A stretch of 52,593 nucleotides of DNA, taken from NCBI GenBank assembly GCA_021108335.1, contig JAIORC010000146.1, positions 1 to 52,593 of the forward strand, given 5' to 3'. The stretch is from Phycisphaerae bacterium (GTDB lineage Bacteria > Planctomycetota > Phycisphaerae > SM23-33). Position numbers and translations under genes: made by a program. The notes beneath the pieces are model-generated. The model made no database searches. It was not told the origin of the DNA and worked only from the letters and a program-made list of their open reading frames with translations. This document shows positions 8,365-18,743 of the stretch, piece after piece (position 1 is the first letter of the stretch; each line of letters opens with the position of its first letter).

Positions 8365-9645
8365 ATGAACCGAATGAAAACCGTCATTGTTAAACTCGTT
8401 GCCATAAGCCTGATCGCAACATGTAGCCTAAACTGCTCGCAAGACAAACAAACCAATAACGGCACAAACCATGCCAAGGACGTTGAAAACTTTATTCTCG
8501 CTGCTAAAGATGGAGACTTGGAAAAAGTAAAGAGTCTTCTTCAAAACGGGATTAATGTGAACGCCCAAAACCTATACGATGTAACGGCCTTGATAATGGC
8601 GTCGCGATACGGCCATACCAAGACCGTCAAACTCTTGCTGGACAAAAGTGCTGACGTAAACGCCAAAGACAAATTCGGTTCAACGGCCTTGATAATGGCG
8701 TCGCTGGGCGGCCACGCGGAGATCGTCAAACAACTACTGGGCAAAGATGCCGACGTGAACGCCAAAGACGTATATGGTGCAACAGCCCTGATGGCGGCAT
8801 CGTCTGGCGGCCATACGAAGATCGTCAAGCTATTGCTGGGTAAAAACGCGGACGTCAACATCAAACAGGAAACAGCCGGAACGGCTTTGTGGATGGCTTC
8901 GTCTGACGGCCATACGGAAATCGTCAGGCTGTTGCTGGAAAAGAACGCGGATGTAAATACCAAAGGCTTGAGAGAGACAACGGCTTTGTGGATGGCTTCG
9001 GTTGATGGTCATACAGAGATCGTCAAACTGTTATTGGACAAGGGTGCCGAGATAAACACCAAAGATACAGAAGGCAACACCGCCCTGGCGATGGCAGTAG
9101 TGAAAAACCATACGAAAACCGTCAAACTCTTGCTGGACAAAGGCGCAAATGTGAATGCCAAAGACGGTATAAGCGTCTTGTCTTTGGCAGCAGTGAAAAA
9201 CCATATAAAAACCGTCAAACTCTTGCTGGACAGAGGCGCGGATGTGAATGCCAAAGACAAAAACGGTGTAACAGCCTTGTCTTTGGCAGTAGTGGCAAAC
9301 CATATAAAAACCGTCAAGCTCTTGCTGGACAGAGGCGCAAATATAAATGCTAAAAACAAAGACGGTATAACCACCTTGTCTTTGGCAATAGCGGAAAACC
9401 ATACGAAAATCATCAAACTCTTGCTGGACAGAGGCGCTGATGTGAATGCCAAAAGCACAGATGGCGTAACCGCCTTGTTGATGGCTGTGCTAGACAGCAA
9501 TACAGAAAATGTAAAACTGTTGCTGAACAGAGGCGCTGATGTGAATGCCAAACACAAAAACGGTGTAACCGCCTTGAAAATAGCCGAGAGAGAAGGCCAT
9601 ACGGAAATCATCAAGCTGCTTGAGAAAGCCGGGGCCAAACGGTAG
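8365..9645 (+). CDS. Secreted/lipoprotein ankyrin-repeat protein (12 repeats)
   Basis: Twelve approx. 33-aa units TALxxAxxxGHxxxVKLLLDKGADVNAKD; N-terminal signal with Cys; A-rich composition relative to flanks. Confidence 0.95.
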   Translation: MNRMKTVIVKLVAISLIATCSLNCSQDKQTNNGTNHAKDVENFILAAKDGDLEKVKSLLQNGINVNAQNLYDVTALIMASRYGHTKTVKLLLDKSADVNAKDKFGSTALIMASLGGHAEIVKQLLGKDADVNAKDVYGATALMAASSGGHTKIVKLLLGKNADVNIKQETAGTALWMASSDGHTEIVRLLLEKNADVNTKGLRETTALWMASVDGHTEIVKLLLDKGAEINTKDTEGNTALAMAVVKNHTKTVKLLLDKGANVNAKDGISVLSLAAVKNHIKTVKLLLDRGADVNAKDKNGVTALSLAVVANHIKTVKLLLDRGANINAKNKDGITTLSLAIAENHTKIIKLLLDRGADVNAKSTDGVTALLMAVLDSNTENVKLLLNRGADVNAKHKNGVTALKIAEREGHTEIIKLLEKAGAKR

Positions 9646-9653
9646 GTTTTTCC

Positions 9654-9745
9654 GCGTGGGTGCAAGCACCCACCCTGCGCGTGGTGGCCTTCCCAGGCCA
9701 CCACGACACAGGCTTGCCCCATGAGGGTTACAAACTTGTGCCACC
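9654..9745. repeat. Composite REP mosaic (families B + C + hybrid A)
   Basis: 9654-9736 matches the reverse complement of 32391-32473 at 78/83 nt; lies between convergent genes. Confidence 0.85.
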
Positions 9746-9767
9746 TGCACCGATTTCGCAATGGTCT

Positions 9768-10892
9768 CTATTTCATGCCGAACATTTTTTCCTTGAGGTC
9801 GAGGTAATAGAAATAATTTTCCTGCGAGACGTCCGGTGGGCAGCGGTGGTCGCAGAAGGGGATGTACCCGCCACGCTCGACGTACGGCACGAGCGACTCC
9901 ATGTATTTCTTTATCGCCTCCGGCCCCCTAGCCATCTGCATCTTGTCGAATCCGCCCATAATCCGCAGGTCTTTGCCGTATTCGTCCAGCAGTTCGCCGG
10001 GATGACTGCAGCCGTTGACCTCGAACGGGAAAAGACAATTAATGCCGCCCTCGAGAAGATACGGCAGAATCGGCCTGACGTCGCCGTCGCAGTCGGTGTA
10101 CCACAGGTCTATACCGTGGGCCTTGAGTTTGGCGTTGATCCGCTTGTACCGCGGCATAACCACGTTCTTGAAAAAATCCACCGAAACAATCGGGCCGTTC
10201 TTAAAACAGATGTCCTCCCAGCCGCTGGCGTAATCGAAATCGATCTCGCCGAGAACCTGATCGAGAAAATTCTCCACCAGCACGCAGCTTGTCTCCACCA
10301 TGTCCTCAACCATATCGGGATAGTCGAAACACGCATAAGCCAGCCCCTCGAAAGTCAGCATGTCGCGTACCCTGCCGATCATCGAGCCGCAATCCACGCC
10401 CACCGGATAATCACGCTCCGGCGGATGGGCCTTCCTGATAGCCTCGACGTCCAGCTTGCGGTCAGGATGATTAACGTCGAATCGCTCCTCCTTGACCCGT
10501 TTCCAATCGTCCGCGGTAACGACCGAAGATTTCAGGTAATGCGGAATGCTGCTACCCTGACCGTCTTTGGGCACCTCCGCGAGCAGACCGTCCCGGTTGC
10601 GGATAATTTTGTGATTTTCGGTCTCGTCAATTACTTCCTCCTGAAAAGGCGGACATAGCTCGACGCAACCGCTGACGACACAAATCTTGTCCATACCGAA
10701 AAGTTCATGCGCCTCGTCATGAGTCGTAATGCCGTTTTCGATAAAAATCGGCCATTGCTTGAAATTTTCTTCCCAAAAGCCGAACTCCATGTTGAAGCAG
10801 CGGTCAACCGGTTTGTAGTGCATCTGGTTATTGAACCGCTGGCGGCTGGTCATGGTAGCTTTCCACGGTTCCCTGCATGTCTGAATGGCCAT
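9768..10892 (-). CDS. Uroporphyrinogen decarboxylase/MtaA-CmuA-like family protein
   Basis: WEDICFKNGPIVS, YTDCDGDVRPILP, LRIMGGFDKM, GGYIPFCDHRCPPDVS motifs; AGGAG RBS. Confidence 0.88.
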   Translation of the reverse strand: MAIQTCREPWKATMTSRQRFNNQMHYKPVDRCFNMEFGFWEENFKQWPIFIENGITTHDEAHELFGMDKICVVSGCVELCPPFQEEVIDETENHKIIRNRDGLLAEVPKDGQGSSIPHYLKSSVVTADDWKRVKEERFDVNHPDRKLDVEAIRKAHPPERDYPVGVDCGSMIGRVRDMLTFEGLAYACFDYPDMVEDMVETSCVLVENFLDQVLGEIDFDYASGWEDICFKNGPIVSVDFFKNVVMPRYKRINAKLKAHGIDLWYTDCDGDVRPILPYLLEGGINCLFPFEVNGCSHPGELLDEYGKDLRIMGGFDKMQMARGPEAIKKYMESLVPYVERGGYIPFCDHRCPPDVSQENYFYYLDLKEKMFGMK

Positions 10893-11008
10893 AATTCTCT
10901 CCTGAACAATAATGTGCTATCGTAAACCCAAATACGTTAAAAACAGTAACCTTACGAATATTTATCACTGTTACACCACTAAGCATAAGCCATTTCAGGA
11001 TATTTTGG

Positions 11009-11048
11009 AATAGACGAGAATAACACGTCCATGTACAATAATAAGACG
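11009..11048. promoter_or_regulatory. Candidate AraC-family direct-repeat operator in the divergent promoter region
   Basis: AATAGACG (11009), AATAACACG (11019), AATAAGACG (11040); the last two are 21 bp apart. Confidence 0.35.
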
Positions 11049-11070
11049 CTTTTGCGAAACGGGCAGATAA

Positions 11071-11880
11071 ATGAAAGAAATTACCCCCGACAAAATTCAG
11101 CCGGTCGTCCGGGTTGCCAATTACTTTGGCGTCCCGGTCGGCCGCTATTGGGGCCCGCGGAAAATCCCTGACCCGGAATTAATCCTGATTGTCCGCGGCC
11201 GTTTTGAATATATCGACGCCGCCGGCCAAACCGAGACGCTCCATTCGGGCCAGGTGCTTCTGATAGAACCCAACGTGATTCACACCTTCCGTCGCGCCCA
11301 TGGCGGGGGACGGGCAAGCATTAGTTGCCTGCATTGCGAGTTGGTTCCGTGGGGCCAATGGGCAACGAATGACTACCGTCTGAATCCGTCGCCCCGGCGG
11401 ATCACTTCGACAGGCCGAGACGTTACGCTGGGCAGCCTGTTTGAAACCACCGCCAAAGCATTCACCGGTATCGGCAAATATCAGCAGGAACTGGTCTCGA
11501 CGCTGGCCCGGAGTATCTGGATTCGCCTGGCGGAATACTGGACTGACAAACCGGCTGACAAAAAACGGTTATCCGCCCGAATGGAGCAAATGACGGAATT
11601 CCTCCGCAAGCGATTTCGTGATCCGGTAACCCGGCAAGACCTGGCTGTGCGTTTCGGCCTGACGCCGGAATACGTAAATGCGCTTTTCAAAAAAGAACTC
11701 GGCATGGCCCCGGCGGAATTCATTAATCGCCAACGGGTTAATCACGCAACACTTCTCCTGTCGCAAAAGAGCATGACGGTGAAGCAGGTTTCCGAGGCTG
11801 TGGGATTTCCCGACCCGTTCTACTTCTCCAAAATCTTCAAGCGTTACACAGGCCTGCCGCCCAGCAAAAAACTCCCTTAG
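11071..11880 (+). CDS. AraC family transcriptional regulator
   Basis: N-terminal cupin-like sensor; C-terminal double HTH DLAVRFGLTPEYVNALFKKELG ... VKQVSEAVGFPDPFYFSKIFKRYTGLPPS. Confidence 0.95.
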   Translation: MKEITPDKIQPVVRVANYFGVPVGRYWGPRKIPDPELILIVRGRFEYIDAAGQTETLHSGQVLLIEPNVIHTFRRAHGGGRASISCLHCELVPWGQWATNDYRLNPSPRRITSTGRDVTLGSLFETTAKAFTGIGKYQQELVSTLARSIWIRLAEYWTDKPADKKRLSARMEQMTEFLRKRFRDPVTRQDLAVRFGLTPEYVNALFKKELGMAPAEFINRQRVNHATLLLSQKSMTVKQVSEAVGFPDPFYFSKIFKRYTGLPPSKKLP

Positions 11881-11962
11881 AGCAGTTTTCAGAAACGCTG
11901 TCGTAATTTGTGTGGATTTACCGGCGGATACCGGTGTTTCTTGGCAACTAACCCAGATGTTT

Positions 11963-12050
11963 GGGTGGTATGGCTTGCAAGCAAGCCATGCCACCCAGGT
12001 TTGTGTTTTTCTCGCGTGGTGGCCTTGGCAGGCCACTACGGCACAGGTTG
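11963..12050. repeat. REP mosaic (family D + family C + partial A)
   Basis: GGGTGGTATGGCTTGCAAGCAAGCCATGCCACCC (11963-11996), GTGGTGGCCTTGGCAGGCCACTAC (12016-12039), GGCACAGGTT. Confidence 0.8.
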
Positions 12051-12057
12051 CATTTTT

Positions 12058-14388
12058 TTACGTGATGGTTTTCCCCGGTCTGTCGACTTTTTGTTTCCTG
12101 ACGGTTTTTTTGCCGTGAGCGGTTAAATGTTCGCTGAGAGTCTGAAAATTCTTTTCCGCCTGCCGTTGCGTTTCGGCGGCTGGAGCCTGATCGCCCCACC
12201 GCCATTGGTATTGCAGCTCCGCCATTTGCTCCAAAAGCCCCGCCGGCAACGAGAACTGCTCCCCGGCCGCGCAAACCCGCTCCCGCAACGTATCGCCGGG
12301 CGTGGCGGCAAACCCGCGACGTTCGAGCATCGCCAGGAATTTGAACAGTAACGCAAATTTCCGGCCGTCGTCGGCAGGAGCCCGACGAACGCGTTTAATC
12401 CGCCACCGAACCCGGCGAAGAGACACAACCGCCAGAACCACGGCAACCGCGCCTGCAAACCACATCAGGAAATTCACCAGTATTCGATCCACGGTTCCAT
12501 GAGTAAATATCCTACCGACGCTTCTGCCCAACGCCTTGATCCATTCCCAGAATCGCCTCAGGCCGCCAAAGAGCCAATCGATCATGTCAGTACGCATCTC
12601 ATCCTGCGTCGAGGTGTCATAGCCGACGACTTTCTGATACCAGAAAAACCGGATATCCTGCCAGAAATCGCCCAGCCATGCCCAGAATCCCTGTTCGTCT
12701 CTTTGCTGCGCCAAAGCAGGCGTAGCGTCTAGAATTCGCCAGTCAGTCTCTTGAGAATACACCTCGCACCATGCGTGAGCATCACGTTCCCGGACGGTGT
12801 ATTGTTTACCGGCCTCGTCGTATTCGTTAAGCGTAAACCCCATGGCGACGCGGGCCGGCACGTCCAACAGGTTACACATCACCGCCAAGGCCGAGGCGAA
12901 GTATTCGCAGTGGCCTTTCTGGAGATAAAACAGGAAATCCTCCACGCCGTCGCGAGACATGTCGCTGTCGGAAATATCCAGCGTATAGTCATACTCGTCC
13001 CGTAGTTTCTGCTGGATTCTAGCGGCGATGGCCATGTTCCATTTGTTACGATTCGCCGGGTCGGATTGGCGTTTGTCCAGCAGATCCTGGCACCATTGCT
13101 TCGCCAGTGTGAGAATTCTCTGGTGGGTATCTGAAGGCAAAAATACCCTCGGGGTGACAAAATTGTCGTATCCTTCCATCCTCGGCTGCCTTAACCAGGC
13201 CAGTTGGGAAGCATTCAGTGGATGTGTAAATGAATACGTCGTGTATTGAATTTTGTTATTGTACCCATAATTTCTGCGTGCTTTGTACGCCAGGTCGAGC
13301 GTTGCGTCAGCCGAGCCTGCGTGCAATCGCAATTTGACCGTCGGATAGGGAACAGCCAGATTCGACATGCCAAGCGAAACCATGCTGACCTCATGCCGCA
13401 CCGTCGAAGCCATCAGGGACTCGCTTACCCTGGGCAATACGGTGCGAGGTTCGAATTGATCTCTGGAGTGTTTTTCGAACGTACTTTCGAAAGGGGCGAT
13501 TTTTCTCCATGTCGAATGGCTGTAAGTGTCCAGCACACCGGCTCGGAGATATCGTTCGGAATCACCGGACGCCTGGCCCGGCGTCTGGCCGCGATATATC
13601 CTTACACGCATAATCACGCGGTCGGAGAGATAGATATCTTTCCGCCCGCCAAGGCGTACAATCGGATCAAACCCCACATCCAACAGTTGCTGCCCGACAT
13701 AACCCATCAGTCGATCAGCCGCCCTGGGAGCAAGTATAAACGCCAGCAGCGAACCAACCAAAGCCGGCAGAAGAATAAACAACATGGTGCGACGGAGTGC
13801 CCGGCCAGGCCAGTCCCGCACGACATTCCAGGCAACCTTGCGAGGCTCCAGCGGCCCCACCTCGCCCGGAAGAGTTACCGCCGCCGCCGCGTCCAACCCG
13901 CGCTTCAACGTGAGCACCATCCCCACGTACAACGCCAGCATCAGGTATATCACCGTAACAAATGAAAACCACAATGCCGAGCAGATCAACGCCGTGGTTA
14001 CAAGCAACAGAATATTCAAAGTGAGCAGTTGCACATAATCCCGTATTCGCTTTCTCTCGAACAACTTGCACAACTGGATGAGAATCATGAAATGCCCAAT
14101 TGTTACGATAGCCATCTGGTCGGTGTGGATGTACTCCAACAGGGCGACACAAGTAGCCGTTATCACGCCCAGATTCACCAGCTTTCGCTCGACATATATT
14201 TCCATGTTCTGACGCATGGCTATAAAATTCACCACAATAGCCAGGGTTGAACTAAGAACATAAAACCAGTTCCCCTCCGCAATACTGAAAGTTACCGTCC
14301 CTATCAGCATCAGCAGCAGCAAAGGCTGCTCCAGCCGTCGCCGCTCGGTCAGCAGTATTTCTGCCTGTGTAAAACTGGCCAGAGGCAT
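12058..14388 (-). CDS. Transglutaminase-like membrane protein (TgpA/DUF3488 family)
   Basis: N-terminal multi-TM region; catalytic motifs KGHCEYFASAL, DAHAWCEVY, WRILDATP. Confidence 0.92.
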   Translation of the reverse strand: MPLASFTQAEILLTERRRLEQPLLLLMLIGTVTFSIAEGNWFYVLSSTLAIVVNFIAMRQNMEIYVERKLVNLGVITATCVALLEYIHTDQMAIVTIGHFMILIQLCKLFERKRIRDYVQLLTLNILLLVTTALICSALWFSFVTVIYLMLALYVGMVLTLKRGLDAAAAVTLPGEVGPLEPRKVAWNVVRDWPGRALRRTMLFILLPALVGSLLAFILAPRAADRLMGYVGQQLLDVGFDPIVRLGGRKDIYLSDRVIMRVRIYRGQTPGQASGDSERYLRAGVLDTYSHSTWRKIAPFESTFEKHSRDQFEPRTVLPRVSESLMASTVRHEVSMVSLGMSNLAVPYPTVKLRLHAGSADATLDLAYKARRNYGYNNKIQYTTYSFTHPLNASQLAWLRQPRMEGYDNFVTPRVFLPSDTHQRILTLAKQWCQDLLDKRQSDPANRNKWNMAIAARIQQKLRDEYDYTLDISDSDMSRDGVEDFLFYLQKGHCEYFASALAVMCNLLDVPARVAMGFTLNEYDEAGKQYTVRERDAHAWCEVYSQETDWRILDATPALAQQRDEQGFWAWLGDFWQDIRFFWYQKVVGYDTSTQDEMRTDMIDWLFGGLRRFWEWIKALGRSVGRIFTHGTVDRILVNFLMWFAGAVAVVLAVVSLRRVRWRIKRVRRAPADDGRKFALLFKFLAMLERRGFAATPGDTLRERVCAAGEQFSLPAGLLEQMAELQYQWRWGDQAPAAETQRQAEKNFQTLSEHLTAHGKKTVRKQKVDRPGKTIT

Positions 14389-15560
14389 CAGGCTTCCTCC
14401 TTTTGGCCAGTCTCGATCAACGGGTTTTCCTGGAACACGGCGTCTAACTGTTCTGGGTTCAACACTTCCATATGCCGTGCGGTACGGGCCAATTCCTTAA
14501 GCTGCGGCGAATCGATTTCCTCGAAGCGATCCGACACCAGGATCACTTGGGCGCTGCGGATATCAGAAGCGTCAACGACTTTGAGAATCATCTGGAAATC
14601 CACGCCGGGTTCCTGGACATCGGCAAGGCAATCCAGCAGATCGACCCGGACGCCAACGGAAGTTCCCGGCAAAACGACTTGGGCTTTATCCTCTCCCGCC
14701 AAAGCCAAGGCCACCTGGTATCCTCGCCGCAAGGCCTGCTCGATAAGCGTCGCGGCGAAGCGCAGCATCTTTTCCCGCCACAGAAAAGCAGAAGAATCGT
14801 CGCCGACCACGGGAATATCCAATATCACGAACAGCGAGTCCGGCACGGGATGGGCCATCTCTCGAACTACCGGCGTCTGCCGCCCGGCACTTCGCCGCCA
14901 GTGTATCCACCGCGGGTTGTCACCCTGGCGATAGTCCCGCAGGCCGAAAAACTCGTCCTGCCCACCCTGCATTCGCCCAGGCTGGGCCGTCGAAATAACC
15001 ATCGCGCCATGCATCAGCAGGTCGCTGGTGATATGCCCCTTGGCCGGCCAAACCACCATCGAAGTAGGCCGGAACATATCCCGCCGCACCACCACCAGCC
15101 CAAAAGGAAAATTCGTGGAAATTCGCACGCCCTGCAATTCAATTCGCCCCCGCCGGGCCGCGGCAAGACGACTTCCGGCACGAAACACCGACCGGGCGGC
15201 AAGATGAACGCAATAGCCGCGGGCATCATCGATGCCGCGGGGCACGATTTCGCTCAACTCGATTCCCAGGCAACTGAACCATCGCTGGGTGTTCCGGAGA
15301 AAATAACCGAAGTAGACAGACTCATACTGCCAAGCGCGATCGGGCAAATCGCGATGCACCGCTACCCCGGAAATCATGCCCCTGGCCAGTATCGACGAAA
15401 TGGCAAGACTGCCCAACATCGCCCCGAAAATCACGAACAGCATCGGCATGTGACTGCGGACAGCGGCTAGGCCAACCATCAGGCTGAGCGACAGGAACAC
15501 CCAGCCGGGACCTGTAACCCGCAGAGAATTCGATCTGGTTTTCTTTTTACGCCTCGCCAT
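14388..15560 (-). CDS. DUF58 domain protein
   Basis: STNFPFGL, EFFGLRDYRQGDNPRWIHWRRSA, VVREM; start set at ATG 15560; lies between MoxR and the transglutaminase. Confidence 0.9.
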   Translation of the reverse strand: MARRKKKTRSNSLRVTGPGWVFLSLSLMVGLAAVRSHMPMLFVIFGAMLGSLAISSILARGMISGVAVHRDLPDRAWQYESVYFGYFLRNTQRWFSCLGIELSEIVPRGIDDARGYCVHLAARSVFRAGSRLAAARRGRIELQGVRISTNFPFGLVVVRRDMFRPTSMVVWPAKGHITSDLLMHGAMVISTAQPGRMQGGQDEFFGLRDYRQGDNPRWIHWRRSAGRQTPVVREMAHPVPDSLFVILDIPVVGDDSSAFLWREKMLRFAATLIEQALRRGYQVALALAGEDKAQVVLPGTSVGVRVDLLDCLADVQEPGVDFQMILKVVDASDIRSAQVILVSDRFEEIDSPQLKELARTARHMEVLNPEQLDAVFQENPLIETGQKEEA

Positions 15561-15570
15561 TGTCAGGCCG

Positions 15571-16506
15571 CTATTGCGGTACGGGAATCGTCTCGAGAAT
15601 CTTCTGGAAAACCGCCTCGCCTGCCGAAGTTGCCCCGTCGCGGGCAAACGCCTTGGCCATGAGACGATGGGCACAAACCGCGGTAGCCAGAGACTTTATG
15701 TCATCGGGAATCACGTAGTCCCGCCCAGCCAGCAGGGCCGAAGCACGTGCAGCCTGCATCAACGCCAGCGACCCGCGCGGCGAAAGACCTATCGTCAGCT
15801 CATCGCTCCGCCTTGTCGCCTCGGCAATGTTCAGGATGTAGTCCACCAGCGCATCTTCCACCCGCACCTCCAGCACTGCATCCTGCAATTCCGCCAGCTC
15901 CACGCCGGTCATGACCGGCTGGAGTTCGGCGAGTCTTGTCCGGGCCGGCTGGGTGCGAAGAATCTCCCGTTCGGTATCCTTGTCGGGATGTCCCAGACGC
16001 ACGCGAAGCATGAACCGGTCAAGCTGGTTCTCCGGTAAAAAGTAGGTCCCCTCGAATTCGTAGGGGTTTTGCGTGGCGATTACCATAAACGGCGGCTCCA
16101 GCGGATAAGTAGTTCCGTCGGCGGTTATCTGCGTCTCGTTCATCGCCTCGAGCAACGCGCTTTGCGTACGGGGCGTAGTGCGGTTGATCTCATCGGCCAG
16201 TATGATATTGGCGAAGATAGGCCCCTTCTTGAAGGAAAACCGCCCTTCCCGGGAATCGTATACACTGACGCCGAGAATGTCACTGGGCAGCAAATCGGGC
16301 GTCATCTGTATCCGGCTGAATTCGCTGTCGATCGAGGCGGCGATGGTACGGCTGAGAATCGTCTTGCCCACACCGGGCACGTCCTCCAGCAAAACATGCC
16401 CCCTGGCCAGCAGGGCAACCACCACCTGCCGAACAGCGGAAGCCTTGCCGAATAAAACCGTTTGTATCTGCTCGAATAACGCGTAAACCTTTTTTTCGTC
16501 TACCAT
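15571..16506 (-). CDS. moxR: MoxR family AAA+ ATPase
   Basis: GHVLLEDVPGVGKT, RIQMTPDLLPSD, LADEINRTTPRTQSALLEAM, ATQNPYEFEGTYFLPENQLDRF. Confidence 0.96.
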   Translation of the reverse strand: MVDEKKVYALFEQIQTVLFGKASAVRQVVVALLARGHVLLEDVPGVGKTILSRTIAASIDSEFSRIQMTPDLLPSDILGVSVYDSREGRFSFKKGPIFANIILADEINRTTPRTQSALLEAMNETQITADGTTYPLEPPFMVIATQNPYEFEGTYFLPENQLDRFMLRVRLGHPDKDTEREILRTQPARTRLAELQPVMTGVELAELQDAVLEVRVEDALVDYILNIAEATRRSDELTIGLSPRGSLALMQAARASALLAGRDYVIPDDIKSLATAVCAHRLMAKAFARDGATSAGEAVFQKILETIPVPQ

Positions 16507-16659
16507 AATTTTATCTCAATTCGAATTATTGCGAAAATACATGGGTTTCGATTATAACATGGTTGCAGGTAGCCGGACAAGGCTGCAAAATCAACATTGA
16601 CGGGATCGCGAAAAACATATTAAAAAAAATTACAGAATCGCGAAAAAATTATTTAAAAA

Positions 16660-17319
16660 ATGTTTACGGGAATTATTCAACATGTCGGGGCGATTACCGA
16701 TGTCCGCTCCACCGGAGACGGCAGGCGGCTGACGATAGACATCGGCCCACTGGCCGACGGGCTGAGCCTCGGCGATAGCGTCGCCGTCAACGGCGTGTGC
16801 CTCACCGCCTCCACCATCGACGGCCCGCGAGGCCAATTCGACGTCGTCGCCGAATCGCTGACCCGCTCGACGCTGGGCGACCTACGGGCAGGAGCAAAGG
16901 TGAATCTCGAACGCGCGCTTCGCGCCGACGCCGGGCTGGACGGGCACATCGTCCAAGGCCATGTCGACGAAACCGCCACCGTCAAAGCTATCCGGCGAGG
17001 CCAGGCATGGACGGTGGAATTCGCCGCGGACAAGTCGCTGATCGACCTGATGGTGCCCAAAGGCTCCGTCGCCATCGACGGCGTGTCGCTAACGCTGGCC
17101 GGCGTCGACGCGACCGCCAACACCTTCGCCGTAGCCCTGATCCCCACGACCCTGGCTGAGACAACCCTGACCGACCTCGCAGCGGGCGGTACGGTCAATA
17201 TCGAAACCGACATCCTGGGCAAATATGTCCGGCGATACCTCCAGCAGATGCTCACCGGCGATTCAAACAGCCCCGGCAGTTTGACCATCGAAAAACTCCG
17301 CAATGCAGGTTTCGCGTAA
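16660..17319 (+). CDS. ribE: Riboflavin synthase (alpha chain)
   Basis: MFTGII N-terminus, GDSVAVNGVCLT, VNLERAL, GHIVQGHVD, KGSVAIDGVSLT, VNIETDILGKY. Confidence 0.96.
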   Translation: MFTGIIQHVGAITDVRSTGDGRRLTIDIGPLADGLSLGDSVAVNGVCLTASTIDGPRGQFDVVAESLTRSTLGDLRAGAKVNLERALRADAGLDGHIVQGHVDETATVKAIRRGQAWTVEFAADKSLIDLMVPKGSVAIDGVSLTLAGVDATANTFAVALIPTTLAETTLTDLAAGGTVNIETDILGKYVRRYLQQMLTGDSNSPGSLTIEKLRNAGFA

Positions 17320-17335
17320 CCGCCAATCGGCATAA

Positions 17336-17364
17336 AAAAAACCTCCCGTTACGGGAGGTTTTTT
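17336..17364. terminator. Bidirectional Rho-independent terminator between riboflavin synthase and fabF
   Basis: AAAAAACCTCCCG-tta-CGGGAGGTTTTTT between convergent genes. Confidence 0.9.
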
Positions 17365-17393
17365 CAGATTTTCTATTTATCAGCCGGGGAGCA

Positions 17394-18647
17394 TTATCCT
17401 TCGTATCGTTTCAGCAGCAGGCAGCCGTTGTGGCCGCCGAAACCGAAACTGTTGGACAGAATGACATCCACCTTCTTTTCTCGCGGCGTGTTCGGGATGT
17501 AATCCAAGTCGCAGCCTTCGTCCGGCTCGTCGTGGTTGAGAGTCGCCGGCAGCACACCGGTTTCAATCGCCTTTGCACAGGCGATCAACTCCACCCCGCC
17601 GGAAGCTCCCAGCATGTGTCCGGTGGAACTCTTGGTCGAAGACACCAGCAGGCCATTTTTGGCGTAATCTCCAAAGACCTGCTTGATCGCGTTGGTCTCC
17701 GCGATATCGCCAAGGTTCGTGCTCGTGCCGTGGGCGTTGATGTAGTCCACGTCTTCAGGCGAGACTTCGCCGTCGGCAAGACAACGGGCTATTGCCGATG
17801 CGGCACCGGAGCCGTCGGGGGCGGGAGCGGTAATGTGATAGGCGTCGGCACTTGCGCCGTAGCCGATCAACTCACCGTAGATTCTCGCGCCACGGGCCTT
17901 GGCGTGTTCGAGTTCTTCGATAACCACGCAACCGGCTCCTTCGGCAAGAAGGAATCCGTCGCGGCCTTTGTCCCACGGACGGGACGCATGGAGCGGATCG
18001 TCGTTACGGGTGCTGAGGCCCTTGAGGGAACAGAAACTCGCCAGGCCGATTCTGGTCAAAGCCGCCTCGGAACCGCCGGTAAGCATGACGTCGGCTGCGT
18101 TGTCCCGGATCAGCCGCATGGCTTCGCCGATGGAATGGGCAGCCGATGCGCAAGCTGTAACGATCGCGAAATTAGGCCCCTTCATGCCGAACATAATCGA
18201 CAGGTGCCCGCTGGCGGCATTGATCATCAGCCGGGGAATCGTAAACGGGCTGATCTTGGCTGGGCCTTTTTCTATCATCCGCAGGTGCTGGGTTTCCAGC
18301 GTACCAAGCCCGCCAATACCACTACCGACCAACACCGCACAACGCTCGGGAACTTCCCGCGAGAAGTCGATACCGCTATCGCGGACAGCCTCGGCTCCGG
18401 CCTGGACGGCGAACTGACTGAACCGGTCCATCCGCTTGGCTTCCTTGGCGGGTACGATATCCGCCGCCGGGCCTGTCCAGTCCTTGACCTCGCCGCCGAT
18501 TTTGCTGGCAAAATCCGTAGTATCGAAGAATGTAATCGGGGCAATGCCGCTCTTACACTCCATCAGGGCAGACCAAAGCCCGGCAACATCATGGGCCAGG
18601 GGATTGACCGTACCCAAGCCGGTCAATGCTATACGTCGTTCAGACAT
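17394..18647 (-). CDS. fabF: 3-oxoacyl-ACP synthase II
   Basis: VTACASAAHSIG, YINAHGTST, STKSSTGHMLGASG, SNSFGFGGHN; start 18647 (alternative 18656). Confidence 0.96.
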   Translation of the reverse strand: MSERRIALTGLGTVNPLAHDVAGLWSALMECKSGIAPITFFDTTDFASKIGGEVKDWTGPAADIVPAKEAKRMDRFSQFAVQAGAEAVRDSGIDFSREVPERCAVLVGSGIGGLGTLETQHLRMIEKGPAKISPFTIPRLMINAASGHLSIMFGMKGPNFAIVTACASAAHSIGEAMRLIRDNAADVMLTGGSEAALTRIGLASFCSLKGLSTRNDDPLHASRPWDKGRDGFLLAEGAGCVVIEELEHAKARGARIYGELIGYGASADAYHITAPAPDGSGAASAIARCLADGEVSPEDVDYINAHGTSTNLGDIAETNAIKQVFGDYAKNGLLVSSTKSSTGHMLGASGGVELIACAKAIETGVLPATLNHDEPDEGCDLDYIPNTPREKKVDVILSNSFGFGGHNGCLLLKRYEG

Positions 18648-18743
18648 CGCATACATTTCCTTCCGCGCGCCGCACCTCCAGAGCACATTGATTTCTCAAA
18701 GTGCACTGGTACGCCACACGTTTTTTCCTCGGCAATGGGAAAA

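Noticed and set aside
16507-16659. FMN riboswitch before riboflavin synthase
   Set aside because: Short, largely AT-rich divergent promoter region with no recognisable RFN consensus.
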